This document shows, one piece after another, positions 46,493-56,430 of a DNA stretch of 59,906 bases. Under the pieces are notes generated by a model. That model was not told the DNA's origin, searched no databases, and worked only from the letters and a program-made list of their open reading frames with translations. Within the stretch, counting starts at the first letter, position 1. Every line of letters begins with the position of its first letter. The stretch spans positions 1 to 59,906 of the forward strand of contig CALDDP010000180.1 of the NCBI GenBank assembly GCA_937936805.1. The letters run 5' to 3'. The DNA comes from an uncultured Gammaproteobacteria bacterium (GTDB taxonomy: Bacteria > Pseudomonadota > Gammaproteobacteria > GCA-001735895). A program made the position numbers and the translations under genes.

Positions 46493-48459
46493 GACAGCTG
46501 TTCAGCCCCCGCGTTACCGGTACTGGTGCTGCGCGCCAGGCGGCGGTAACGCCTGTCGCTGGCCGCGAACAGTCCACCCAGCGCCATGATGATCGCACCA
46601 AGCCAGATCCAACGGATAAACGGCTTGTAGTAAATGCGCACCGCCCAGGCACCCTCCTGATTGAGTGGCTCACCCAGGGCAATAAACAGGTCGCGCGTAA
46701 ATCCGGCGTCGATTGCGGCTTCGGTCATGGGCATGGTTTGCACCAGGTAAATCCGTTTCTCGGGAAACAGGTCGACCTGGAAGTCGCCGCTTTCAGAACG
46801 TACCGTGAAGCCACCGCGGGTAGCTACATAGTTGTCGACATTGAAATCGCGAACGCCATGAAAGGTGAACTCGTACCCGGCCACCTTGTAGACGTCACCC
46901 GGAGCCATGCGCAAATCTTTTTCCTGGTTGTACAGGCTGGTCAGGGTAACCCCGACGATAAAAACCGCAATCCCGAGATGTCCCAGCAACATGCCGTAAA
47001 AACCAGCGGGGGTTGAGCGCAGTGTTGAAAGCAGCGACCGGTGATGAAAGCGCTCATAGATCGCTATGCCGGCAGTAAACGCAATCCACAGCGCCATGGC
47101 TATGCCGAGGTAGGCCGTCCACACCCAGTGCGGTAATGCCAGGCTGAGCAACAATGCCAGCACCAGCACCACCAGGGCAGGAATCTTCAGTTTGGCGCCG
47201 AGGCGCTCCAGGCTGTCGCTTTTCCAGCGAATCAGCATACCGATGCCGATCAACACGCCCAGCGGTGCCGTCAGGGTTAAAAACATCAGGTTGAAATACG
47301 GCGGTCCCACCGAGATCTTGCCACCCATCGCATCGATCGCGATCGGATAAAGAGTGCCCAGTAAAATCGCGCTGGTTGCGACCGCGAGGAAAATATTGTT
47401 CGCCAGCAAGGCACTGTCGCGCGACAGCAGCCGGGTCTGCACCGCACTCCTGAGTAACGGCGCCCGCCACGCGAATAGCGTCAATGAGCCGCCTACCACG
47501 AACACCAGGAAACCCAAAATGAAAACTCCCCGTTCCGGGTCGGTGGCAAAAGCATGCACCGAGGTCAGCACGCCGGAGCGCACCAGGAAAGTCCCGAGCA
47601 GACTCAGCGCGAAGGCAGAAATTGCCAGTAAGGCGGTCCAGGCCTTAAAGCTGCCACGTTTTTCGGTAATCGCGAGTGAATGCATCAACGCCGTGCCGAC
47701 CAGCCACGGCATAAACGACGCGTTTTCTACCGGATCCCAGAACCACCAGCCGCCCCAGCCCAGTTCGTAGTAGGCCCACCAGCTGCCCAGCGCGATACCC
47801 AGGGTAAGGAACAGCCATGCCACGTTGGTCCAGGGTCTCGACCAGCGCGCCCATGCCGAGTCGACCTGCCCCGAAATCAACGCCGCAATAGAAAATGCAA
47901 ACGCCACCGAAAATCCGACGTATCCCAGGTAAAGCATCGGTGGATGAATCGCCAGCCCGATATCCTGCAACAGCGGATTCAAATCACCGCCCTGGGCGGC
48001 CGCGGGCAGCAAACGCTCGAACGGATTCGATGTGATGATGATAAACAACAAAAAACCGCAGCTTATCAGGCCGAGAATTGCCAGTACGCGGGCGCGCATC
48101 GCGCGCGGTACATTTGGCGTGAACAGGGCCACCGCTCCGGTCCACAACGAGAGCACCAGCGACCAGAGTAACAGCGATCCCTCGTGTGCTCCCCAGACAC
48201 CGGAAATCTGGTAAATCAGGGGTAACTGGCTATTCGAATTCCTGGCGACATATAAAACCGAAAAATCGTTGCTCAAAAAAGCCCAGGTAAGACAGGCATA
48301 GGCGATCGCGACAAACAGTAACTGGGCCAGTGCGGCCGGCACGGCAAGCACGATCCAGCGCTGTACGCCCAAACCGGCTCCGGCGAGCGGTACCACAGCC
48401 TGGGTAAACGCAATGCACAGCGCGACGATTAATGCAAACTGCCCAATTTCCGGAATCAT
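46489..48459 (-). CDS. ccmF: heme lyase CcmF
   Basis: 656 aa, polytopic, with the WGGWWFWDPVEN tryptophan-rich motif. Confidence 0.95.
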   Translation of the reverse strand: MIPEIGQFALIVALCIAFTQAVVPLAGAGLGVQRWIVLAVPAALAQLLFVAIAYACLTWAFLSNDFSVLYVARNSNSQLPLIYQISGVWGAHEGSLLLWSLVLSLWTGAVALFTPNVPRAMRARVLAILGLISCGFLLFIIITSNPFERLLPAAAQGGDLNPLLQDIGLAIHPPMLYLGYVGFSVAFAFSIAALISGQVDSAWARWSRPWTNVAWLFLTLGIALGSWWAYYELGWGGWWFWDPVENASFMPWLVGTALMHSLAITEKRGSFKAWTALLAISAFALSLLGTFLVRSGVLTSVHAFATDPERGVFILGFLVFVVGGSLTLFAWRAPLLRSAVQTRLLSRDSALLANNIFLAVATSAILLGTLYPIAIDAMGGKISVGPPYFNLMFLTLTAPLGVLIGIGMLIRWKSDSLERLGAKLKIPALVVLVLALLLSLALPHWVWTAYLGIAMALWIAFTAGIAIYERFHHRSLLSTLRSTPAGFYGMLLGHLGIAVFIVGVTLTSLYNQEKDLRMAPGDVYKVAGYEFTFHGVRDFNVDNYVATRGGFTVRSESGDFQVDLFPEKRIYLVQTMPMTEAAIDAGFTRDLFIALGEPLNQEGAWAVRIYYKPFIRWIWLGAIIMALGGLFAASDRRYRRLARSTSTGNAGAEQLS

Positions 48460-48890
48460 TACTGGTCGTCCTTTTGCTCGTGCATGCCGGCAAGTTCGGG
48501 GGGCATGTAGTTTTCATCATGCTTGGCCAGCACTTCTTCGGCGACAAATTCTCCCGACCCGTCGAGCTTGCCATTGGCGATGATGCCCTGCCCCTCACGA
48601 AACAGGTCAGGCAGTATGCCGGCAAAACGCACCGTGACGCTTTGCTCGTTATCGGTTAAATCGAATTTCACGGTCAAGCCGTCTCCCGGACGCGCAACGC
48701 TGCCCTCGACGACCATGCCGCCGATGCGAAACAGCTTGTTGGCCGGTGCCTTACCTGAATTCACCTCGGTCGGGGTGAAAAAGAACATGATGTTCTGATC
48801 CAGTGATTTAAGCGCAAGGCCGACGCCAAGCGCAACACCGCAGACCATCAACATTATCAAACCAAGTCTTTTCTTTCTTGCAGGAGTCAT
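48459..48890 (-). CDS. ccmE: cytochrome c maturation heme chaperone CcmE
   Basis: 143 aa. FRIGGMV, and LAKHDENYMPPE containing the heme-binding His. Confidence 0.95.
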   Translation of the reverse strand: MTPARKKRLGLIMLMVCGVALGVGLALKSLDQNIMFFFTPTEVNSGKAPANKLFRIGGMVVEGSVARPGDGLTVKFDLTDNEQSVTVRFAGILPDLFREGQGIIANGKLDGSGEFVAEEVLAKHDENYMPPELAGMHEQKDDQ

Positions 48891-49045
48891 TTCTTATCCA
48901 CCTTGCGGCGCCGTTTTAACTGGCGCAATGCCTTCTCATGTTGCTTGCGCGGAAGATACCAGTTTAGCCATAAAACCAGGGCAGTCAGCGCGTAACTCGG
49001 CCATACGAATACGGCATAGCCACCCATTTGGAAAAATTCTGCCAC
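48887..49045 (-). CDS. ccmD: heme exporter protein CcmD (below the ORF-track size cut-off)
   Basis: Hand translation gives (M)AEFFQMGGYAVFVWPSYALTALVLWLNWYLPRKQHEKALRQLKRRRKVDKK. The GTG lies directly after the ccmC stop (alternative ATG at 49027). The stop overlaps the ccmE ATG (ATGA). One TM helix plus a basic tail, as in CcmD. Confidence 0.85.
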   Translation of the reverse strand: MAEFFQMGGYAVFVWPSYALTALVLWLNWYLPRKQHEKALRQLKRRRKVDKK

Positions 49046-49777
49046 TTAAAGTTCCTCAACCCATTTGCTGTTGCGCTCACGCTGCAGCAGTTCAACGCGA
49101 CACTTCTGGAACAATGCCAGCACGTAATAAACCTGGAACGCCAACGCCATCAGCAGCAACGGAATCAACATGCTCCAGTGAATCGAGGGTTTATCGAACT
49201 TGGTAACCGTCGCGCCCTGGTGCAGGGAATGCCACCACTCCACCGAGTAATGAATAATAGGAATATTCACCACGCCGACCAACGCCAGGATAGCAACCGC
49301 CCTGGATGCGACGCGCTTGTCTTCAATCGCATTATGCAGGCCGATAATGCCGAGGTATAAAAACAGCAGGATTAACTCCGAGGTCAGACGTGCGTCCCAG
49401 ACCCAGTAGGTCCCCCACATGGGTTTACCCCAGAGCGAGCCGGTTACCAGCGCCAGAAAGGTAAAACTGGCACCGATCGGGGCGCTACTGATTAACACCA
49501 CCTCGGCAAGTTTCATCCGCCAGACGATAATAACCGCACCACAAAAGGCCATCACCACGTAGATGAACAATGACATCCAGGCAGCCGGCACATGCACGAA
49601 AATGATACGGTAGCTTTCACCCTGCTGATAATCCGGCGGTGCTTCGATCAGACCGCCATAGAGCCCGGCCAGCAACAGCATCAGGAATATCCACGACAGC
49701 CACGGGATCCATTTACCGGCAATGCGGTAAAAGTGCGGGGGCGAACCTAACTTATGAAACCAGAGAAACATTTTCAC
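49046..49777 (-). CDS. ccmC: heme exporter protein CcmC
   Basis: 243 aa with the WGKPMWGTYWVWDARLT tryptophan-rich motif. Confidence 0.95.
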   Translation of the reverse strand: MKMFLWFHKLGSPPHFYRIAGKWIPWLSWIFLMLLLAGLYGGLIEAPPDYQQGESYRIIFVHVPAAWMSLFIYVVMAFCGAVIIVWRMKLAEVVLISSAPIGASFTFLALVTGSLWGKPMWGTYWVWDARLTSELILLFLYLGIIGLHNAIEDKRVASRAVAILALVGVVNIPIIHYSVEWWHSLHQGATVTKFDKPSIHWSMLIPLLLMALAFQVYYVLALFQKCRVELLQRERNSKWVEEL

Positions 49778-49781
49778 CTGT

Positions 49782-50468
49782 TCAACTTACTGACATTCGT
49801 AACGCTGCCGCTGTGGCCCATGGCGACAGTGATATCGACAGAAACAGGAAAGCCAGCAACATGTAGATCTGTGCAGACACCTCGAATCCCATCGCGGCAT
49901 TTTCGGTTGCGCTGGCCGCGAAAATCAACACTGGGACATACAGGGGCAACACCAAAAGCGACAGGATTATACCACCTTTTCGCAATCCCACAGTCAATGC
50001 GACACCAATTGCGCCAATCAGGCTCAAGATTGGGGTTCCAATCAAAATAGTCAATAGCAGCGTCGGTTGCGCGGCCGCCGGCATCCCCAGCATTTCCGCC
50101 AGTAATGGCGCGACGAGCAATAAGGGTAACCCGGTAACCAGCCAGTGCGCGCTCACTTTGGCGAGCACCAGCACAGCGACCGGATGCGCGCTGAGCAAGA
50201 TCTGTTCGAGCGAACCGTCATCAAAATCTGAACGAAAAATACTGTCCAGCGACAACATGGCCGCGAGTAACGCAGCGACCCATATAATCCCCGGCGCGAT
50301 GCGTGCCAGCAGCTCCGGTAACGCACCAAGTGCGAGCGGAAACAGCGTGATAACCAGCACAAAGAATAACAGCGGCATTGCATACTCGGCGCGATTGCGC
50401 AGCGCCAGCAGCAAGTCCCGCCTGAGCAGGAAAACAAATGCCTGGGTCAGGGATAAACGTCGACTCAT
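49782..50468 (-). CDS. ccmB: heme exporter permease CcmB
   Basis: 228 aa, six TM helices, positioned between ccmA and ccmC. Confidence 0.9.
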   Translation of the reverse strand: MSRRLSLTQAFVFLLRRDLLLALRNRAEYAMPLLFFVLVITLFPLALGALPELLARIAPGIIWVAALLAAMLSLDSIFRSDFDDGSLEQILLSAHPVAVLVLAKVSAHWLVTGLPLLLVAPLLAEMLGMPAAAQPTLLLTILIGTPILSLIGAIGVALTVGLRKGGIILSLLVLPLYVPVLIFAASATENAAMGFEVSAQIYMLLAFLFLSISLSPWATAAALRMSVS

Positions 50469-51097
50469 GATTGCCTTCCCAGCTGCAGGTGCTGCACGGA
50501 TAACGTGGGTAGCGAAATGTCGTGATGCGACGTCATGACGATAAGCCCCTGCCGCTGCAGGTGCTTTTCAAACAGGGATGCGAACATCGACATGCTGGCT
50601 TTATCGAGCGAAGTAAAAGGTTCATCCAGAATCCATAGCATCGCATCGGTTGCAAGTAATCGCGCCAACGCAAGGCGACGCTTTTGCCCCGCCGATAAAC
50701 TGCCCACTTCGGTTTCACCATAGGCATAGAGATTTACCTGCTCCAGTATATCGTCGAGGCCTGCCGTCGAAGGCATGCCCATCGCCCTCGCCAGGCGCAG
50801 ATTCTCGAGACAGGAGAGTTCATGTTTAACGCCGTCGTGATGGCCGACGTAGGTCACCTGTTCATAATAATCGCCCGCCAGCCGATCGATCGGTTCGCCA
50901 CGCCATAATATCTCACCACCATCCGCCAGTCTGAGGCCGGTCAAGATCCGCAACAGGCTTGTTTTACCGCAGCCATTAGGACCTTCGACCACCAGCATCT
51001 GTCCGGGTTCGAGCCCAAAATCAAGATGTTCGAACAACAAACGGTCATTGCGATTACAGCTGAGATCGCGGGTTTCGAGTAAAGCCGATGAGGACAT
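50465..51097 (-). CDS. ccmA: cytochrome c biogenesis ABC ATPase CcmA
   Basis: Walker A GPNGCGKTS, signature LSAGQKRR, Walker B LWILDEP. Confidence 0.95.
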   Translation of the reverse strand: MSSSALLETRDLSCNRNDRLLFEHLDFGLEPGQMLVVEGPNGCGKTSLLRILTGLRLADGGEILWRGEPIDRLAGDYYEQVTYVGHHDGVKHELSCLENLRLARAMGMPSTAGLDDILEQVNLYAYGETEVGSLSAGQKRRLALARLLATDAMLWILDEPFTSLDKASMSMFASLFEKHLQRQGLIVMTSHHDISLPTLSVQHLQLGRQS

Positions 51098-51233
51098 ACA
51101 CAGGTCAGAAATTAGCGTGTTCGAAGATTAGCCTTGCACCCGAAAACGTTCAACCAATTTATCATGATATATATCAGACAAATTGGCTAAAAAAGTGTTA
51201 ATTTACTACTAAAGTTGAAACAGGATCAGAGCC

Positions 51234-51539
51234 ATGACTACTAAAGAACATTTGGTCGAGCAGCACATTCGCGAATACGAATCTCGCCTGAAGCATATCG
51301 ACGAACTCTACGAACGCGCCCACCAGGCCACGGACCACCTCGATGAAGAGCATGAAGTCCGCTCCGAATTGAAGGAATATGACCTCCAGCGTGCCCGCTT
51401 AAAGCAGCATGCCGATGACGTGAGGACCATGCCCGTCGAAAAGTGGCGCGAGGAAACGGTGCAAAACGCCGGGCCCATGGCGATTTGGGATATTCTTGCG
51501 CAGAAGCTGGAAAATTTCCTCGAACGCCACGATAAGTGA
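51234..51539 (+). CDS. hypothetical helical protein
   Basis: 101-aa charged helical ORF with an ATG start. No family recognised. Confidence 0.4.
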   Translation: MTTKEHLVEQHIREYESRLKHIDELYERAHQATDHLDEEHEVRSELKEYDLQRARLKQHADDVRTMPVEKWREETVQNAGPMAIWDILAQKLENFLERHDK

Positions 51540-51555
51540 CGGCAGCAGAATTGAT

Positions 51556-52182
51556 TCAGCGTTTTTCGGCCAGTACCAGCCAGCCGGGTCGGTCGAGTTG
51601 CGTCATGTAGTTGAATTGCTGCAGCGTGTGGATTTGCCATAAGCCGGTGTCTTCCAGTTGCCTGAACGCCCGCTCAAACCCTTCCGCCGCAAAATGCATA
51701 CTGTTTATTGTAATGATGAACAACCCACCTGATTTGAGCGGACGCAACAGTTGCGGTACATGCCGCGCGCCGACATGCCCCGCGCCCATCGCACCGACAC
51801 AGATGGCGACGTCGTAGATTGCGTCACCGAGCGCTATTTGTGCGGTCAGGTCGCCACTTATCAGATTTCGATAAACACCTTTCTCGCGAGCCTGCCCGAG
51901 CATGCCTGCAGAAATATCTACCCCGTCAACGTTTGTGAATCCCTGCTTGCCTAGTTCCTCACCGACCAGACCGGTACCACAACCGTAATCGATAATATCA
52001 ACATCGCGTTGGCGGCTCCGATCCGCCAGTGTTTGCGCGGCTATTTGCGGCGAGATATAGCCGAAATCATCGAGCAGATGGGCATCGTAACTTTGTGACC
52101 AGTCATCATACAGGTCGCGTGAACTGGCGCCTTCGCCAAGATGATTGACCCGCTTCAGGATTTCTTTTGAACACCTGCTCAT
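51556..52182 (-). CDS. class I SAM-dependent methyltransferase
   Basis: Motif I IIDYGCGTGLVG, with downstream motifs in a Rossmann-fold arrangement. Confidence 0.8.
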   Translation of the reverse strand: MSRCSKEILKRVNHLGEGASSRDLYDDWSQSYDAHLLDDFGYISPQIAAQTLADRSRQRDVDIIDYGCGTGLVGEELGKQGFTNVDGVDISAGMLGQAREKGVYRNLISGDLTAQIALGDAIYDVAICVGAMGAGHVGARHVPQLLRPLKSGGLFIITINSMHFAAEGFERAFRQLEDTGLWQIHTLQQFNYMTQLDRPGWLVLAEKR

Positions 52183-52191
52183 GCCGGATTA

Positions 52192-53118
52192 CTAGCTGCC
52201 ATGGGGAAACTTGTTACTGCGTTTTTCCGCCTCGATAAAGACGCGCTTTATCTGCGGGTAAGCCTGCTTGATACCGCGATCAATTGCGGCGATATCTTCT
52301 TCCACCTGCTGCGAGCTAACATTGTCGACGAAATCCACGCTGATATTGGCGAGGATAAAATCCGGCCCCATGTGCATGGTTAAAATTTCGTTGACATGCT
52401 GGATATTCGGCTTCGTCCCTAGTGCGCTGCGAATCCCGCGAATCACCGACTGGTTGGCGCTTTCCCCGATCAGCAAACCCTTGGTTTCATAGGCCAGCCA
52501 GATCGCTGTACCCACCAGGATAAAACCAATGGTGACAGAGGCAATGCCGTCAAAAATCAGAATCCCCGTCGACTGGGTCAACCAGACACCGACGAAAGCG
52601 ACGATCAAGCCAAGCATCGCGGCGCTGTCTTCGAACAGGACAACGAATATCGAAGGATCCTTGGCGCGCTGAATCGCTTCAAGATATCCCCAGCGACCCT
52701 TGACCCGGTTGAATTCGCGAAACGCGAAATACCAGGCGGCGCCCTCGAACACCATCGCCAGCCCGAGCACGATATAGTTGATCAGGGGATTACTGATCGG
52801 CTCGGGATGCTGAATATGCTGGATGCCCTCATAGATGGAGATGCCGCCACCCAAAGCGAATATCAGAATGGCGACGATGAAACTCCAGAAATATATTTCC
52901 TTGCCATAACCGAAGGGAAAATCGGCGTCGGGCGGTTTCGCGGCACGTTTCATGCCATACAGCAGCAGCACCTGGTTACCGCTATCGACGAGCGAGTGGA
53001 TACCTTCCGACATCATTGCCGAACTGCCGGTAATCGCCGCGGCGACGAACTTGGTAACCGATATCAGCGAATTGCCGATTAGCGCCGCGATTATGACCAG
53101 CTTCGAACCCGATGCCAT
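52192..53118 (-). CDS. cation diffusion facilitator (CDF) family metal efflux transporter
   Basis: SEGIHSLVDSGNQ in TM2, six TM helices, and a C-terminal cytoplasmic domain. Confidence 0.85.
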   Translation of the reverse strand: MASGSKLVIIAALIGNSLISVTKFVAAAITGSSAMMSEGIHSLVDSGNQVLLLYGMKRAAKPPDADFPFGYGKEIYFWSFIVAILIFALGGGISIYEGIQHIQHPEPISNPLINYIVLGLAMVFEGAAWYFAFREFNRVKGRWGYLEAIQRAKDPSIFVVLFEDSAAMLGLIVAFVGVWLTQSTGILIFDGIASVTIGFILVGTAIWLAYETKGLLIGESANQSVIRGIRSALGTKPNIQHVNEILTMHMGPDFILANISVDFVDNVSSQQVEEDIAAIDRGIKQAYPQIKRVFIEAEKRSNKFPHGS

Positions 53119-53329
53119 CTTCTATCCCCATCAATAACGCGGCAACTATAGCCCATATAAATCAAAGCCTCAGCATCTTTTCGCGCGCCAGTTTTTTTCA
53201 CTGCGAATCAAACATGCTTGAAAAATTAATACTAACGGTAGAAAAATTTACCTATATTGACAAAGATATCATCGCATTTGATACTTGTTTTTTTCTGGAG
53301 ATTGGTTTGATCGCGCGGGAGTGAAATTG

Positions 53330-53902
53330 ATGTTGTTTAAAATTACCTTTGTTGGATTGCTGACCGGAAGTATTCTACTGGCTGGAAATGCCCAGGCTAC
53401 AAAACTCTCGGCAGTCGCGTACGGGACTATCTCGGCGGTAAGCAAGCAGGAAAAAGACAATTCCGGTGGAAAAAAAGGTGGCGCAATAGTGGGTGGTCTG
53501 ATCGGTCTGGCGAGCAGCGGCGGAAGATCAACCAGGACTAAAATATTACGCAGCGGGGTGGGCGCTGCAGCTGGCGGCGCTGCGGGCGGAGCCATGGCTA
53601 GTGGAACCGAAATGGCTTACACGGTAGATCTGGTTGGTGGTGGCACGGTGCGGGTCGTCATGGACACCGGCAATTTCCATCAGGGTGACTGTGTTTCGGT
53701 CGAACGCGGCAGCACAAATAACATGCGCAGGGTCTCCAGTGAGTTTTGTACGCGCAACGAAGAGGTTCCCGAGGAACACAAAGCTGAGCATGAAAAAGAA
53801 GCCAACGAATGCGCACAAGCCAAGCAGGAGTTACTGGCGGCTGAGGATGAAGCCGCAGTAAAAACAGCGCATATGAAAATGAATATTCTATGCCAGGATT
53901 AG
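53330..53902 (+). CDS. secreted glycine-zipper protein (SlyB / 17-kDa-antigen-like) with a charged C-terminal extension
   Basis: Signal peptide ending AQA and glycine zippers (GGAIVGGLIGLASSGG; GVGAAAGGAAGGAMASG). ATG at 53330 follows GGGAG. The tracked TTG at 53285 is unlikely. Confidence 0.65.
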   Translation: MLFKITFVGLLTGSILLAGNAQATKLSAVAYGTISAVSKQEKDNSGGKKGGAIVGGLIGLASSGGRSTRTKILRSGVGAAAGGAAGGAMASGTEMAYTVDLVGGGTVRVVMDTGNFHQGDCVSVERGSTNNMRRVSSEFCTRNEEVPEEHKAEHEKEANECAQAKQELLAAEDEAAVKTAHMKMNILCQD

Positions 53903-54007
53903 GCAGCCGTGAGGTGCAGGCATCCGCATTAATCGCCTCCCCAGTGCGCAATCCTTATTACCCACGGCCCCGTACGCCCTTTCAACTAAGCGGGAACAAA
54001 CGCTAAT

Positions 54008-56425
54008 CTAACCGCGCAGGTACTCATTGTCCGGATCGAATAACGGCCTGCTATAAAGCAGTGCCGGAATCATCTCACCGAGAATTTCGATCTCGACATG
54101 ACGCCCTTCCTCGATCAATTCGAGCGGCAGAAATCCAAACGCGATACTTTTCTGCGCGTAATGCGAATAACCGCCCGAAGTCACGTAACCAACCACGTCG
54201 CCATCATGCCAGATCGGTTCCCAGGCGACGGCGTCGGCATCACGCGCATCGACCTCGAAAGTGCAAAGTTTGCGCGACACACCCTGCTCTTTTTCCGCCA
54301 GTACAGCCGCTTTGCCGATAAAATCGTTCCGTTTATCGTAGGCGACAAATCGATCCAGCCCGGTCTCGAGCGGTGTGTAATCGGGTTTGAATTCTCGCAT
54401 CCACGAACCGAAAGACTTGTCCAGGCGCAGGCTCATCATTGCGCGCATACCGAATGGGCGCAGCCCCAGGTCCTTGCCGGCGTCGGTCAGCAATTGATAA
54501 AGCGCAACCTGGTTATACCAGGGCACATAAATTTCATAGCCACGATCACCGGTGTAACTGACGCGTTGCACGATAGCCCGGCACTGGCCAATGTCGATTT
54601 TGCGGATCGACAGGAACGGCATTGCCGCGGTTGATACGTCGGCAAGCGTAACCCGACTCAATAGTTCCTGCGCGCGCGGACCCGCAATCTGAAAACCGAT
54701 TCGCTCCCGCGAAACATTTTTCAGGCTGACTCCACTGGCGGGTAAATGCTGCTCGAACCAGCGCATGTGGTAGGCCTGGGCTCCAAATGACGCCGTCACC
54801 TGGAAAACATCGCTCTCCAGTTGCGCAACGGTAAAATCCCCGATTATTCTACCTTTCGGGCTCAGCATCGGGTTTAAACCGAGACGCCCGGGCGGCGGAA
54901 TTTTCCCCGCCATTATGGTATCCAGGTATTCGAGTGCACCTGCGCCGGAGACTTCATATTTGCCAAAATTATGTACTTCGTTTATGCCGACTCCTGCGCG
55001 CACCGCACGCACTTCCCCGGCAACCGTATCGAATGCATTGGAACGCCTGAAACTCGGTATTTCATATGGTTCCTCACCCAGCGGGGCAAAATAATTAACA
55101 TGCTCCATGCCATACATTTCACCGAACACCGCATTTTGCGACTGCCAGATGGCATATGCGGGCGTGGTCTCGAGCGGCCGAGCCGCTGGTATTTCCTCGT
55201 TCGGATAAGACACGGTAAAACGGCGTTGATAATTCTCACGCACCTTGAGCCGGGTATACGATGGCGTGCAATAATCGCCGAAGCGCGCCACGTCCATGGC
55301 AAAAACATCGCGCGAGGGCTCCCCGTCAACCATCCATTCCGCCAGCGTCAGGCCGACGCCGCCGCCCTGGCTGAAGCCTGCCATAACGGCACAGGCCGAC
55401 CAGTAGTTGCGCAGCCCGGGCACCGGGCCGACCAGCGGATTACCATCGGGGGCGAAGGTAAACGGGCCGTTGACAATGGTCTTGATACCCGCATCCGCGA
55501 GTACCGGGAAACGTTTGAAGGCAAACTCCATCGAGTCACCGATACGATCCAGGTTATCATCCAGCAGTTCATGCCCGAAATCCCAGCGCGTACCGTCAAC
55601 GGCCCAGGGCTCGCAATTCTGTTCATAGAATCCAATGACCAGTCCTTTACCTTCCTGGCGCAGGTAACTTTCTCCCTCGGGATCCATCACATGTGGCAAT
55701 TCCTGGTCACGGTCGAACACCGCGGGGATGTTATCGGTCGCGAAGTACTGATGTTCCATCGGGTGCAGCGGCAGATAGATGCCCGCCATCGCGCCGACCT
55801 CGCGTGCCCAGAGTCCAGCGGCATTGACCAGGTTTTCCGCAATGACGGTGCCCTGCTCGGTGACGACTTCCCAGCCACCATCGGTGCGCGGACTGGTTTC
55901 CAGCACGCGATTGCGCAGTACGATTTCGGCACCCTGCATTTGCGCGGCTTTGGCATAGGCATGGGTGGTGCCGGAGGGATCCAGGTGCCCGTCGAGCGGA
56001 TCGTAAAGGCCCCCGAGCACCCCTTCGGTATTGGTAATCGGGCTAAGTTTTCGAATTTCCCCGGGTGTAATCAACTCGGTATCAAGCCCCATGTGACGGT
56101 GCATCGCGCGCGCGGATTTCAGAAAATCGAGGCGTTCGGGAGATTCGGCCAGCGTGATACCGCCGACATGATGCAGGCTGCAGGATTGACCGGTAATCTC
56201 TTCGAGTTCGCGATAAAGCCGAATCGTGTAGCCCTGCAGGGCCGCCATATTGGTGTCGGCATTGAGCGTATGAAAACCGCCCGCTGCATGCCAGGTCGAC
56301 CCCGACGTCAGTTCCGAGCGCTCGATCAAAATGACATCTTTCATGCCCAGCCGGGTCAGGTGATAAATGACGCTGCATCCAACCACCCCGCCACCGATAA
56401 CGACAACTTGCGCATGACTTTTCAT
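54008..56425 (-). CDS. DMGDH/SARDH-type FAD dehydrogenase fused to a GcvT-like domain (paralogue 3)
   Basis: 805 aa. MKSHAQVVVIGGGVVG is identical to the first 13 aa of paralogue 1. GSTWHAAGG motif and a GcvT-like C-terminal half. Confidence 0.85.
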   Translation of the reverse strand: MKSHAQVVVIGGGVVGCSVIYHLTRLGMKDVILIERSELTSGSTWHAAGGFHTLNADTNMAALQGYTIRLYRELEEITGQSCSLHHVGGITLAESPERLDFLKSARAMHRHMGLDTELITPGEIRKLSPITNTEGVLGGLYDPLDGHLDPSGTTHAYAKAAQMQGAEIVLRNRVLETSPRTDGGWEVVTEQGTVIAENLVNAAGLWAREVGAMAGIYLPLHPMEHQYFATDNIPAVFDRDQELPHVMDPEGESYLRQEGKGLVIGFYEQNCEPWAVDGTRWDFGHELLDDNLDRIGDSMEFAFKRFPVLADAGIKTIVNGPFTFAPDGNPLVGPVPGLRNYWSACAVMAGFSQGGGVGLTLAEWMVDGEPSRDVFAMDVARFGDYCTPSYTRLKVRENYQRRFTVSYPNEEIPAARPLETTPAYAIWQSQNAVFGEMYGMEHVNYFAPLGEEPYEIPSFRRSNAFDTVAGEVRAVRAGVGINEVHNFGKYEVSGAGALEYLDTIMAGKIPPPGRLGLNPMLSPKGRIIGDFTVAQLESDVFQVTASFGAQAYHMRWFEQHLPASGVSLKNVSRERIGFQIAGPRAQELLSRVTLADVSTAAMPFLSIRKIDIGQCRAIVQRVSYTGDRGYEIYVPWYNQVALYQLLTDAGKDLGLRPFGMRAMMSLRLDKSFGSWMREFKPDYTPLETGLDRFVAYDKRNDFIGKAAVLAEKEQGVSRKLCTFEVDARDADAVAWEPIWHDGDVVGYVTSGGYSHYAQKSIAFGFLPLELIEEGRHVEIEILGEMIPALLYSRPLFDPDNEYLRG

Positions 56426-56430
56426 AACTG

